A DNA stretch of 63,406 nucleotides, filler included, from Basidiobolus ranarum (taxonomy: Eukaryota), in NCBI GenBank assembly GCA_040143965.1. It is 27 parts of 27 records of this genome, joined end to end, with 100 filler letters (N's around TTAATTAATTAA, not from the genome) between each part and the next. Parts side by side here need not be neighbours in the genome. Positions count along the whole stretch, not along the records: positions 11,799 to 14,056 come from JASJQH010003569.1; positions 14,157 to 16,413 come from JASJQH010003570.1; positions 16,514 to 18,769 come from JASJQH010003571.1; positions 18,870 to 21,125 come from JASJQH010003572.1; positions 21,226 to 23,479 come from JASJQH010003573.1; positions 23,580 to 25,833 come from JASJQH010003574.1; 21 more parts are not named here. One strand, written 5' to 3'. The translations under genes and the position numbers were made by a program. Shown here one piece after another: positions 12,187-24,497 of the stretch. Under the pieces are notes generated by a model. The model saw nothing but the letters and a program-made list of their open reading frames with translations, had not been told where the DNA came from and ran no database searches. Numbering within the stretch: position 1 is the first letter of the stretch; every line of letters begins with the position of its first letter.

Positions 12187-12288
12187 AGGAGATTTACAAG
12201 ATATTTCTGGTAATGAATAGCAATTTTGGCTTATTATAAGCTGTTTCTAAGCAATTTCATTACACCAAGTTTACCATCCAAAATTTCA

Positions 12289-13820
12289 ATGTCATTCAAA
12301 ATGCATTCAAAATTTAAACTAAAATTGGCTTTCAAGTCAAAGCCAGCTGGCATGAAAGGAAAAAAGCCAGCAAGAACAGAGGACTTAATTGATGAGCAGT
12401 CTAGCAATCCACTATCCATTTTGGAAGGCATTAACAAGCTGGAAACTAACTCAAGTGATGATGAAGCATTAATCAATTTACCAGATGTGTTCCTTTCTGG
12501 CAATAGTGCAAGTGAAGAGATTGGAATCCCCCAATTACATAGTAAATCAATAGTTGAGCAAAGCTCAACCAAAACGTCATCAAGACCATCAACTTCCAAA
12601 ATGGCTACTTTGCCCACTATTGAACCACTGTCCATAGAAAATTTAGCTAGAATTATTACAACAAGGGAATCACAGACAGTACATTGTTATGATTTGTATG
12701 CAATCATAAGTAAAAACTACAAAGTTGCTATACATGCCATGACAAGCAATAATGCCGCAATATTGCAATTAATGCAGTGTTTGGAAGCAACTGGTCAACA
12801 GTTAGAGAGTCACTCAACAATGATACAAGACCTTCAGAATGCTGTACTTGAGCTACAGCAACATGCTGCTCCCTCCTTCCATTCTCATAAGGGGTTTCAA
12901 TCAATCCCACACCATACCTACGATTGTCACCATGACAATCTAGCAGAGCAGAATATGTGTTGGACCATTAAGCCTACACAGCAACCCAAAATTGCTTGGG
13001 CACATGAAAGTAGAAATCTCCTAAGAAAACTGGCAAACCAAAAGACTCTGAATATCAGAGCTGCCATCACTTGCTCTGATGATGAGTGGCTTAACATTTT
13101 GGAAACTGTGTGGATTCTTGCCCAAAATCTCCTGGATTTGAGCCAATCATGGAAAAATCAAAAACCAGGTGTTACTCTGAAGGTTCTTGACTTATTTCAT
13201 GTGGCTTATCCTGGGTTTTTGCAAACAAATGGCAATTGGGCAAGTATAGGCCTATTTGTGAAATATCTCAAAAATGTACACAATTATCAACTTGGAAAAG
13301 AAAGAAAAGCAGCTAAAGAAGTACTCAAGGAGCAGGAAGTTAGTAAACTCAAGTTAGTAAACCCAAGGGAAAAGCAAAGGAGCCAGTGAGTTTAGGCTCT
13401 ACTGTCTCACTTACCAAATTCTTCACACCATTATGAAGAACTGCATTTCCAGAGTTAGATGTACTGGCAAAAAAGCTTAATATCACCATTGAACTGGGTA
13501 CACCAGTTGGAAGAGTGCTAAATTGGAAGTTTATCCAACACCTGGCACTTCTCAACCAGCCAAAACACCAGCAAATAAAGCTTGTGGCTCTCCAACCTCA
13601 ACTGGTACTTTTCAATGTGTTGAAATTAGCACCAAAGTTAAAGGCAAGCAAAAAGCCGCACAAACACTGCAAAGCACCCTCAGTAGTGTCACACTACAAG
13701 GATGTACAAAAATAGACAAAGTGCTTGAGGAGTATTTTAAAAAGTATGAAGGAAAAAACTCAGTGCCAATACACAGAAAGTGGCTTCAGAAGAAGAACAT
13801 TCAACTTGATATTCAGACCA
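12289..13820 (+). mobile_element. CACTA-element ORF2 (unknown accessory protein), best-preserved copy
   Basis: Long ORF to 13389, frameshifted by a short aagttagtaaac duplication near 13337-13362; the ancestral frame resumes in ORF 13523-13831. Interrupted by an LTR at 13826. Confidence 0.88.
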
Positions 13821-13825
13821 GTGTT

Positions 13826-14056
13826 TGTTGAAGTTTATTGTCTTTATCATATTTGCTATCTCTACCTTTATACACCTAACTATTTCATATATCACATATA
13901 AGTTAGTTAACATTACTTAGTCAAATATCACTTGGCTGAAAATTGGAACATATAATATATATACATGTGAATAATGTGAGAATTAGCAATTCCATATTGG
14001 AAATTTCAAGCTCATTCAAATTGCCCCAAAAATAGCTCATTTTACTCCCACAGATG
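13826..14056 (+). repeat. LTR family A (starts TGTTG); related pieces at about 25510-25833 and 37448-37595 on the opposite strand
   Basis: TGTTG start exactly where ORF2 homology stops; reverse-complement match to 25660-25833, and that copy in turn matches 37448-37595. Confidence 0.75.
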
Positions 14057-14156
14057 NNNNNNNNNNNNNNNNNNNNNNNNNNNNNNNNNNNNNNNNNNNN
14101 TTAATTAATTAANNNNNNNNNNNNNNNNNNNNNNNNNNNNNNNNNNNNNNNNNNNN

Positions 14157-14506
14157 CTTTGGAAGCCGGAGCTGGTGCCATTGTTGTCTTGACTCAATCT
14201 GGCAACACTGCTCGTCTTGTTTCCAAGTACCGTCCTAGCTGCCCTATCATCACCGTTACTCGTAACGGTAGCGTTGCTCGTCAAGCTCATCTCCACTCTG
14301 GATGTTATCCTTTCCTTTACCAACAACCCGCTGTTGAAGGTTCCGACTCCAAGGAATGGCAAGAGGATGTTGACGCTCGTATCGAGTTCGCCATTGAACA
14401 AGGTGTCAAGGCTAACTTGGTCAAGAGAGGACAACCTGTTGTTGTCATCCAAGGTTACAAGGAAGGCCTTGGTAACACCAACAACATGCGTGTCATCATT
14501 GCCTAA
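14157..14506 (+). CDS. PYK1: Pyruvate kinase, C-terminal part (5' end cut by contig edge)
   Basis: AIVVLTQSGNTARLVSKYRPSCPIITVTRN...ARQAHL...WQEDVDARI...GNTNNMRV; strongly biased codon usage. Confidence 0.95.
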
Positions 14507-15123
14507 ACTTAATGCAGGCTTTGAAGTATTATAACTGTATAATTTAAATAACAAATATTATAGAATCCAATAAATCGATTTTTCTTATTAAAAAATCCAC
14601 TCATATCGATCCAAATTAGAATCTAATCATGTACAAAAAAAAGTTCTTGAAATGAACCAATTTGCACCCGATTAAGATAGATAAGATCAGTAACATACAT
14701 ACTTGTAAATTTATTATGTGTGCTCCCGAATCTCCAGCTATCTACGCAACATCGGGTGAGAGACTTGATTGGTAAAAATACAATGGATGTTATGACGTTG
14801 CAGTTTAATACCAAATTCCAAGTGATGTATCAAGTGATCTTCAAGTGTGATCCTGTATTACTTGACAATTTGAATCCAGTGATTGCCTAACTCTAAGCTT
14901 CTTTTTGTAATGAGAACTGCCTGGAAAGTTCGCGATCTTCCAATCTATTTTGGCATTAAGAGTATAGCTGGATTCACGATGAGTACTTTCTAGAGTTACA
15001 TAAAGTCAGAAATAGAGGAACTTTTTTTGTACATCTTTATTTAACTACAGGTTTCAATAACAAATACATAAACCAGGGAAGAGAATGAAAGTATGAAAGA
15101 ACGCAACCAGAGGAAATTAGAAC

Positions 15124-16413
15124 TTAAGCATTCATATAAGTGGCGAAATCAATTTCTTCAGGTAATTCTGGAACCTTGACTTCGAATCTACTTTGAACCT
15201 GGTTCAATATTTCTAAATCACTATCAGCACCAACAAATGTGACAGCAAGACCCTTGGTACCGAAACGACCAGCACGGCCTACTCTATGTAAGTAAGTATC
15301 AGCACCATCGGGCATGTCGTAGTTGATAACAATGTTGACTCGCTCAATATCGATACCACGGCCGAAGATATCAGTTGCTACCATGATACGCTTGTTGAAT
15401 TCCTTGAAAGTCTTGTATCTAGCAATTCTCTCTTCTTGTGGCATCTGACTGTGGATACAAATACTGGGGAAGTTACACTCAACAAGTAATTTGTTGAGTT
15501 GGTTAGCTCTGGCAACTGACTTGACAAAAATACAGACTTGGTTAAACTCCAATGTATCAAGAAGGTCGTTGAGTTTACGATTCTTCTGATCTTCTGAAAG
15601 CTTGATGTAGTATTGCTGCAAACCGTGGAGAGTCAACTTGGTCTCATCGTCAACGTAAATCTCAAGAGGGTTCTGCATGAATTTCTTGCAAACAGGGCGG
15701 ATTTCCTTGCTCAAAGTGGCACTGAACATCATGACTTGTTTGTGGTGGGGAGTAGAACGGAAAATTTCCTGGACATCACGGCGCATATCTGAACATCATA
15801 ATAATTAGCACGTTGCCTCAATATTTGACAAACAATATAGTAAACATACCCAATTGCTCAAGCATCTTGTCACATTCATCGAGAACAAAGTGTTTGACAC
15901 TTCCAACCTTAAGAGTTTTATCCTTGATCAAGGCCAACACTCTGCCAGGGGTACCGACAACAATGTGAGGGCAAGATTCGCGATCTTTGAGAAGATCATG
16001 ATCCTTCTTAACACTGGTTCCACCATAGAACACCTCGGTCTTAATATCAGGCATGTACTTACTGAAACGAGCATACTCGTTCTTGATCTGGAAAGCCAAT
16101 TCACGAGTATGGCAAAGGACCAAAACAGCTACCTCACCTGCAACAGGTTCGACTTGTTGTAAGGTCGCCAAGACAAATACGGCAGTCTTACCCATACCGG
16201 ATTTAGCTTGACACAAGACATCCATACCAAGAATGGATTGAGGAATGCACTCTTGCTGTACTAATAGAGCGCCAAGAATGTTAGTAAATAATGATAACAC
16301 AGTATATGCTTAGTGTGTGTACCTTCTGAAGGATGCTCAAAACCACAATCCACAATTGCTCTCAATAATTCGGGTTTTAAGAGGAAATCTCTGAAACCGG
16401 TGGAATGAACACC
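15124..16413 (-). CDS. SUB2: DECD-box RNA helicase SUB2/UAP56, 5'-truncated (exons 16323-16413, 15850-16260, 15124-15788)
   Basis: [56 protein letters not shown]; introns 16261-16322 and 15789-15849 have GT-AG ends and restore the frame. Confidence 0.97.
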
Positions 16414-16548
16414 NNNNNNNNNNNNNNNNNNNNNNNNNNNNNNNNNNNNNNNNNNNNTTAATTAATTAANNNNNNNNNNNNNNNNNNNNNNNNNNNNNNN
16501 NNNNNNNNNNNNNATCCTCTTCTACTTACTTTTATTTCAAATGCATAG

Positions 16549-17137
16549 ATTGCGGGCATCACTGCTACAGTCACCGTGGCGTGTGGACTTAACGATTTCC
16601 ACAAAGGTGAGATTAATTCTAGCCAAGAAGAAGAAAAGATGTTGCATGTAGCGATGTATATATTATTGTGCGGAGCTGTTATGACCGTGGTTGTCAGCTT
16701 AATTGGAATTATCGGTGCGGCCAAGGTAAACTTCAAACTGATTTCAAACATGAACCAACCCATGTAGATGGTTGATTTGGTGGTTTCCAAGTGTAAAATA
16801 TTCAACATTGATATATTATTAGAGCAAATCGGGCTTTCTTCTTACTTACCTCGTCATGAGTGTACTCGCAGTAACTACTTCACTCGCAGGGATGATCATT
16901 ACCCTCAAAAGCGGAGATATAAGACGAGGCATACAAACTGTGGTATTGGTACGTACTTGGCATTCAAATTGCTTTGCGCCCTTCCATTTGATATTAATAT
17001 TTCAATCATTCCAGATACTCTTTCAGTGCTACTTTTCATACGTAATCTTTCGGTACAGAAAGGATCTGTTAAAGCCTCAAGCAGATGTAGAGGATATGAA
17101 CGACCCAGAATCGGAGAAAAAAGAACCCATAATCTAA
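16549..17137 (+). CDS. Tetraspanin-like four-TM membrane protein, 5'-truncated (exons 16549-16725, 16823-16948, 17015-17137)
   Basis: VVSLIGIIGAAK|SKSGFLLTYL TM2-TM3 motif; phase-0 GT-AG introns at positions equivalent to those of the 9665-10391 gene. Confidence 0.65.
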
Positions 17138-17679
17138 GAATTTTATATACGGCTAATGGATACCTAATGTGATACCTCAGTGTGTATAAATACGAAATAG
17201 ATACTATGCCGTCGAAAGCTTATTGCACTGTGCTTTCTTTTGAATCATCACCTTTCAGCAAATGTAAATATTTCTCCTTCGCTTACCTTTTCCAATAAAG
17301 GGGTTATTTAAGAATTACACCATGTACCATTGATGTTATTAATGATTTTTCAGTAACTTATCATCGATTTTGTGAATAGTGCAACTGAGTTTATGTTTAC
17401 CAACGTGTTTTAATAATGAGATTATTACCAATAGTTTGATATATCGTTGTTAATGCAGCATTGATTATATTCCATTCTAAGATGTCATTCATACATGATT
17501 TATTGGATTAGTAAGTGAGTTTGGATACATTGAACTTTAAACAAAAGTTGCGGAAATAGGGATTATATCACAAGATTGTTGAATTCCAAGCATATATCTT
17601 ATCTCTATCTACTCCTATATTAAGTTCATTACACATTTAGATTAGGAACAATGACAGACTTTTCATGAGTGATTAAGTC

Positions 17680-17968
17680 AGTACTTATTGATTTATTGAG
17701 TTGAAAGTTGATATTTGTAGTTTTTTCAAGAAGTAAGCAAATGGTTATGTGGAATATGTTAAGAAAGGTCCCAGGAATATGTTTGAGGAGTTTCGGGCTT
17801 CTAGGACATGCTCAGAAAATATTTACATCTGAGAACATCTAAGTTGGTCAAAATATTCTCAGTAAATTCCTCTTGAGAATTGTTAGTGATATCTTACGGA
17901 AATATGTAATAACTAAGTACTGCGTGATATACGACTACCTATCTTTTTAGGCTATACTAACTTCAACA
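17680..17968 (+). repeat. LTR family C, diverged copy
   Basis: Aligns to 26730-27007; ends ttcaaca. Confidence 0.75.
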
Positions 17969-18658
17969 CATTTTACATATTAGATATTGTTGAATCCAAA
18001 ATGAATTTTCTCTGGAGTATATTTTCCGAAAGTGGCAGGAATATCAATGTCAACAATCTTATATTTATGCGCATCAGAATATGATGTTTATTAGCTCACT
18101 GCGGCTGATATGTACGCATTGGTTATATTCATGTTGAGTAAATAAGTTTTAATAAATGAGTTACCGTTTGCTTCAGAAATATTCTTTATTTTACCAGATA
18201 TACAGTGTTTTAGTTTCAGTGCAAATGCCAAGAAATCTATGGAAGCAAAATAGGCCATTGTGGAGTCAGCTTGGATTGCTCCTCAATTCCAAGTCCAACA
18301 TTGCTAATTGTTGAACAATGGATATACATATACTATTTATAAGTTGAAATTTTCAGCTCAGTGCTATCTGACTGAATAATGCTAGCCAACATAGGAAAAT
18401 ATAGATAGTTAGATGTATCAGCATAGGGATAATACAAATAGGATAAAAATAATAAACTTCAACAATTAAAAATTATTCAAGGATTAGGACAGGTATTTTG
18501 AGTTGTTTGTTCTACTATACAATGCATCATATGCAACTACTTCAATTTGATCTATATGCAATTCCAAGTATCCATAATCAACAACAAATAAGGCTTTATA
18601 TATGCTCAAATCACAATCCTCCTCTACAATAGTTTCATAATAGCACAATATGAGGTAC

Positions 18659-18769
18659 TGTTGGATAATTAATCTTTATTCAACATCATAGTTAACTTTA
18701 GTTATGATACATATATCAGAAACAGAAAGCAACGTATCTATAGCCCCTATGTTCTAAATAGGAATATCT
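18659..18769 (-). repeat. LTR family B end; second copy at 51785-51962
   Basis: tgttggataattaatctttattcaacatc is the reverse complement of the sequence ending ...attatccaaca at 51962. Confidence 0.8.
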
Positions 18770-18869
18770 NNNNNNNNNNNNNNNNNNNNNNNNNNNNNNN
18801 NNNNNNNNNNNNNTTAATTAATTAANNNNNNNNNNNNNNNNNNNNNNNNNNNNNNNNNNNNNNNNNNNN

Positions 18870-19734
18870 TGCCCTGTAACAAGTCAATTGATGCAAAACA
18901 AACAGCAGAATTGGTAACTCAAAATGTTTTCTGCCTTCACAAACTCCCTAAAACTATCATCTCTGACCAAGGTCCTCAGTTTGCTGCCAAATTTTGTAAA
19001 GTCTTCTCCAAACCTTGAGTGTCTCTGCCAATCTCTCCACTGCTTTCCATCCCCAATCTGATGGCCAAACAGAAAGAGTCAATAAAGTCTTGGAACAATA
19101 TTTGAAATCCACTATCAACTATAATCAAGATAATTGGACACAACTTTTGCCTCTTGCTGAATTTGCTTGCAACAACTCTTATCATATCTCAACAAAACAA
19201 ACTCCTATCTTTGCAAATTATGGATTCCATACTTGCTTCACAATTCACCCACCATCCAATCCACCTTGCCCTGCAGCCTCAGACCATACCACTCTCCTTA
19301 AGGACATCCATAGACAATCATTATCTGAGCTGGAGCATGCTCAATCCCAGTACAAGAACTTTGCTAATAAGAAAGGAAAGCCAAGCCCAGATATCAAGCC
19401 AGAAGATTATGTATGGCTACTCCAAAAAAATATCAAAATCATGAGACCTTGTAATAAAGTGCATCATGAAAGACTAGGGCTTTTTAAGATTATCAAGCAA
19501 ATCAATTCAGTAGTTGTCCACCTTGAACTCCCAGCCCATGTCAAAGTCCACAATGTATCCCATGTGTCTCTCCTAGAGCCACAAGCCCGAAACACCTTCC
19601 AGGGCCAATGCATTGACCCACCCCTGGCAATGCAAGTTGAGGAACATCCTGAATATGAAGTTAGCAAAATTCTAGATTCCAGAATTCATTGACGTAAATT
19701 GTAATATTTAGTAGACTGGAAGAGACACTCAACA
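18870..19734 (+). mobile_element. Ty3/gypsy integrase plus start of chromodomain, degenerate
   Basis: IISDQGPQF, STAFHPQSDGQTERVNKVLEQYL, GPY/F-like LGLFKII, HNVSHVSLL, EYEVSKILDSR. Confidence 0.93.
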
Positions 19735-20938
19735 GTTGCCAATCAACTGTGGTAAAAGTGTAAGAAAACCAATAAGCACCTGGTTGCTAAGATTAAATTG
19801 AACTCTCCACTCACAATAATCAAAGCTGTTTCCTTTACTGTAAGTGTTATGAGTTTACTAATACTTGCCAATAACAAAGAGACTGTAACAAAACCATTGT
19901 CTTTTTCTTCAAATTTGGATGTATTACCATCAGTACTGGAATAACCAAGGTCAGCATCTAGCAGCATGTGCTCAAAGATGTCTGGACTTACTGGTTTGAC
20001 CAAATTTGCACTTCTGCCTACAGCATTCTGGTCATATAACTGTGTAACTGCACAGTATCTTGAATTTTGGCAGTGTTACCCAAATTCTGAGGCAAGGCAT
20101 AACCAGTTGACTCAGTGGGCAATACTAAAGTTGATTTTATGCACTTATTAATATTGATATTTACCAGGCTTGGTGTAACTGGTGGCTTTGTACAGTGACC
20201 ATGCTTGTCATTATTGTTTCTAGGAAGCCTCTGGCCTTTGTAGCATAAGAATTTTTGACAATAATAGCAGGGCTTCCATAAATGTTTGTGTTGCAGCATG
20301 ATTATAATATTTTAGAAAATGAACACATCCTATGTAAGGGTGGTATTTTAGATATAGCCCATCAATATCATCAATTGATTTTGAGATGGTGTCACTGATG
20401 AGTCATCAGGGGATTAAGCAAGATCATTACACCAAGTTTACCATTTGAAAATTGCAATGCCATTCAAAAAGTGTACAAAATCTAAATCAAAATTGGCTTC
20501 CAAGCCAAGGCCTGCTGGCACAAAAGGAAAAAAACCTGCAAGAACAGAGGACCTAATTTATGAGCAGTCTAAAAACCGCTATCCACTTTGGAAGACATTA
20601 ACATGCCATAAACTAACTTAAGTAATGATGAAGCATTATTCAATTTACCAGATGTGTTGGTTTCTAGCAATAGTGCAAGTGAAAAGATTGTAATCCCCCA
20701 ATTACTTAGTTAATCAATAGTGGTGCAAAGTTCAATAGTAACTCCACCAAGACTATCAACTTCCAAAATGGCTACTCTGCCAACTATTGAACAACCCTCC
20801 ATAAAAAATTTGGATAGAATTATTACAACAAGGGAACTGCAGGAAGAACACCATTATGATTTGCATTTATTCAAAAGTAAAAACTACAAAGTTGCTATGC
20901 AGGCCCTGACAAGTTATAATGTGGCACTATAGCAATTA
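19730..20938. mobile_element. CACTA element: transposase N-terminus (minus) and ORF2 N-terminus (plus, ATG near 20457)
   Basis: Collinear with contig 11799-14056 and contig 1; same head-to-head layout. Confidence 0.9.
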
Positions 20939-21125
20939 CATTGCCTAAACTGATACCAGATGTTGTAGTGCCAATTTCCCATCTTAGGAGATCTAATTGG
21001 ATGAGATCTCCACCTGATTACTACTCTCACACTAGTCAAAAAGAGCCTAGTGCTAATTTAGCCTTTTCTGGTGAACCCAAATCAGTACAGGAAGCTATGG
21101 AGAGTCCCAACACAAAGTTTTGGAG
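20939..21125 (+). mobile_element. Ty1/copia fragment (integrase-RT linker)
   Basis: LRRSNWMRSPPDYY...EPKSVQEAM...W is the typical pre-RT segment. Confidence 0.75.
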
Positions 21126-21225
21126 NNNNNNNNNNNNNNNNNNNNNNNNNNNNNNNNNNNNNNNNNNNNTTAATTAATTAANNNNNNNNNNNNNNNNNNN
21201 NNNNNNNNNNNNNNNNNNNNNNNNN

Positions 21226-22917
21226 GAAAGCCAACGTAGAGTCTGTTGGCCCCACCGATCCCTCATTCACCAACGCCCGGTATGGCTTCGAGCTACGATA
21301 CACATATAAGCCCATGGCTGTTGTCTTCCCCGCGACATCTACGGAGGTATCTAATGCAATCAAATGCGCAGTTGCCAACAAAGTGGCTATTGCTCCTCGT
21401 AGTGGAGGCCATTCGTATGAGGGATACTCGATAGGTGGTGTCGATTTAAGCCTAGTTATTGATTTGAAAAAATTCAACACAGTGAGTGTTGCAAACAATC
21501 TCGCCACTGTTGGCGGTGGTGTACGTCTATCTCAATTATACTATCGTCTTTGGAATGCCGGTGGTTATGCAGTTCCTGGTGGAACCTGTCCCTCGGTTGG
21601 TGTTGGTGGTCACACCTTGGGCGGTGGGTAAGTCAACGTTTTACCCAAAAGATATATTTCAGTCGTAATGATCTGATTCACTTTTCCCCTGAAATTTCTA
21701 GATTTGGTCTATTCAGTCGTAAATATGGCTTGATGGCCGATAATCTTGCCTCTGTGAAGGTTGTTCTAGCGAATGGTACTTTAATCGATGCAAGCTCTTC
21801 TAAAAATAGTGATCTCTTCTGGGCCCTTCGTGGTGCTGGTGGTAAGTACACCCGATCTATACATTATGGCCACACATACGATTAGGATCAACAGGTTTCT
21901 AATAATCATTGATTGGTAACTAGGTGGATCTTATGGCATTGTTACTGAGTTCGTTTTTAATGTCTTCAAGCCCCCAACAAAGGTTACCACATTTTCCTAT
22001 GACTTTAGCTCAAAGGATTATTTGAAGATAATGAAGGCATATAACACATGGGGTGTTAGTGCTAGTCGTGATGTTGGTGTGGAAATGTATTGGGACAAGA
22101 ATGGGATCTCGTTCTATGGAACCTTCCTCGGAACTAAGGATAAGTTGAACACCGTTCTATCGGTAGGATTTACTACTATACTTTTTTCTTTACTCCATAG
22201 TGACTAATGGACTTTTCCGAACCATCAGAGCTTCCTTCAAAATGCACCCAAGTATACCTCCTCAATTAGCGAATCAGGATTTTTGGAAGCCATTCTTCGC
22301 TGGACATACTTGGACACTAAGAACATCAAGGACCTTGATCTTCTCCCTGAAAATAAGATCCAAGACTCCCGATATACTAAGGTAACTATATTCAGTGATC
22401 TCCACTTGATAGAGTTCAAAGCGTTTAATTCTTTACTTACTAGGGCAAATCATTGATGTACAAAAATATCCTAGCTGATGAGGATATCCAGATCATCAAC
22501 AAATACCTGTCCAAGCCACCTTCTGGAGCCACTGCCAGTTACGTTATTGTTGATTTGTGGGCTGCTAGTAAGATTAACGAACAACCTCAAAATGGGACTT
22601 CATTCTCTCACCGTTCTACCACCTTTGCAATCGAATACCTTGCTGAATGGGGAGATAACAGTATAGTTTACAACAAGCCCGATTGCCAGCCATGTCTTAA
22701 GTGGATCAATGATTTCTACAATGAGGCTAGTGTAGCTTTCTTGAAGCGACAGAGTCCAATCGAAGCTTACCAGAACTATATTGATCGTGATCTCCAAGAT
22801 CCTATGACCGCCTACTACGGTAGCGCCAGTAACATTCAAAAACTCAAAGCGGTGAAAAGCTCCTACGATCCAGGTAACAATTTCCGTTTCCCTCAAAGCA
22901 TTCCTTTGGTTGGTTAA
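21226..22917 (+). CDS. FAD-linked oxidase, berberine-bridge/AA7-like, 5'-truncated (exons 21226-21627, 21702-21841, 21924-22162, 22229-22381, 22444-22917)
   Basis: RSGGHSYEG and GTCPSVGVGG (His and Cys flavinylation sites), DLFWALRGAGGGSYGIVT, BBE motif YQNYID...AYYG...YDPGNNFRFPQSI; four GT-AG introns restore one frame. Confidence 0.93.
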
Positions 22918-23579
22918 AATACAAACTTGGATTGATTTCCCATATTTCCATCATTTTCGGGTAACATCTCATGATCATGAGCTTTCAACACGATAGTTTT
23001 GTTATTTATTTATTTATTAAATAAACATTTATTTGCATATTTTATGAAACACTTCAACCACCCCGATTGCACCCTCCCTTTAAGCCCAAAATAACTTGAA
23101 TGACAAGTTCACAATTTTACGCCAACAGTTACTTTTCTGGTAGTAGTAGTCACCGACAAAGCTCAATGAAACATTGATGTCATCTAAATGGTAAAGTGCT
23201 GACTACTATGTACATTTCTGCATATGTTCAACTACAATGGCGATCTTCATTGCCGGCATCCATATTAAGCAATTTCTATAAATACAATGAATATGAAAAC
23301 TCTGAATGTACACTCACGTCAGTAAAATACTGTATATCCCAAATCCAGAATCCCATTATATAAGGGCCACTCGTAGCCTTCGGAATAATTATCCTTGTGC
23401 ATTGGTATACCCACACCTGTGAAGTTTCAACTGAGGTTGGGTTATTGCTGATTGAAAACTACTACCAATACCCCACTTTNNNNNNNNNNNNNNNNNNNNN
23501 NNNNNNNNNNNNNNNNNNNNNNNTTAATTAATTAANNNNNNNNNNNNNNNNNNNNNNNNNNNNNNNNNNNNNNNNNNNN

Positions 23580-24497
23580 TCACTTCTTTGTCTTGAACTT
23601 TCTCTCATATAAAATGATGTCTTATGTCAATATGTTTCATCCTTGAGTGATGCTCAGGATTCTTGGTAATCTGAATACAACTAATATTATTGTGATATAT
23701 TGGGGTAGGATTAACTTGATCATATCCTAGTTCCTGGAGAAGACTCCGTAGCCATATAGCTTCTTGAACAGCCATAGAGCTTGTCATATATTCTGCTTCT
23801 GTAGTTGATAATGTGACATTTTGTTGTTTCTTGCTAATCCAGCTTATTGGCCCACCTGCTAGCTTAAACACATATCCAGTTCTGGATTTTTGGTCATCTG
23901 TATTATTAGCCCAGTCTGCATCAGCATATCCTTCCAAAACAAGTGACATGTTATACTGCTAACTAAATTGAATTCTATGATATATTGTTCCTTTCAGATA
24001 GCATATTATCTGTTTCACAGCTATTCAATGTTTTGTTGCAGGATTTTCCATATATTTGCTTACTATGCTTAATGCTGTAGCAATATCAGGCCTAGTACCG
24101 GTTGTTGCATATATGAGACTTCCAACTGCACTATGGTAAGGAATATGTTTCATGATTTCAATATCTTCAGAGGTCTTTGGTTCCATTTCCTTAGTGAGTT
24201 TCAGCATATTTTGTGGATTTGAAGCTGTTTACATTCTGACATATTGAATCTGTTTAAAACTTCTCCAATATATTTTTCTTGTATAATACAGAGGGTTCCA
24301 ATAGTGGAATTTTGATGTATCCACATTCCAAGAAAATATGCTAGTGATCCAAGATCTTGCATTTCAAACTTCGTAGATAGCCAGGTCTTAGTTTTTTTCA
24401 TCAGATTTGGGCAATTACTAACAATTATGATATCATCAACATAGAGAGCAATTATCACTTTGGTGGCTTTGATAGTCTTGAAGTATATGCAGTGCTC
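23580..24497 (-). mobile_element. Ty1/copia RT-RNase H, degenerate
   Basis: [66 protein letters not shown]. Confidence 0.95.

Noticed and set aside
12234-12635. Recurrent antisense ORFs over ORF2 (also 31483-31782 and 4722-4896), and antisense ORFs over PK, SUB2 and the oxidase
   Set aside because: Shadow frames of the real coding strand; recurrence only reflects repeat homology.
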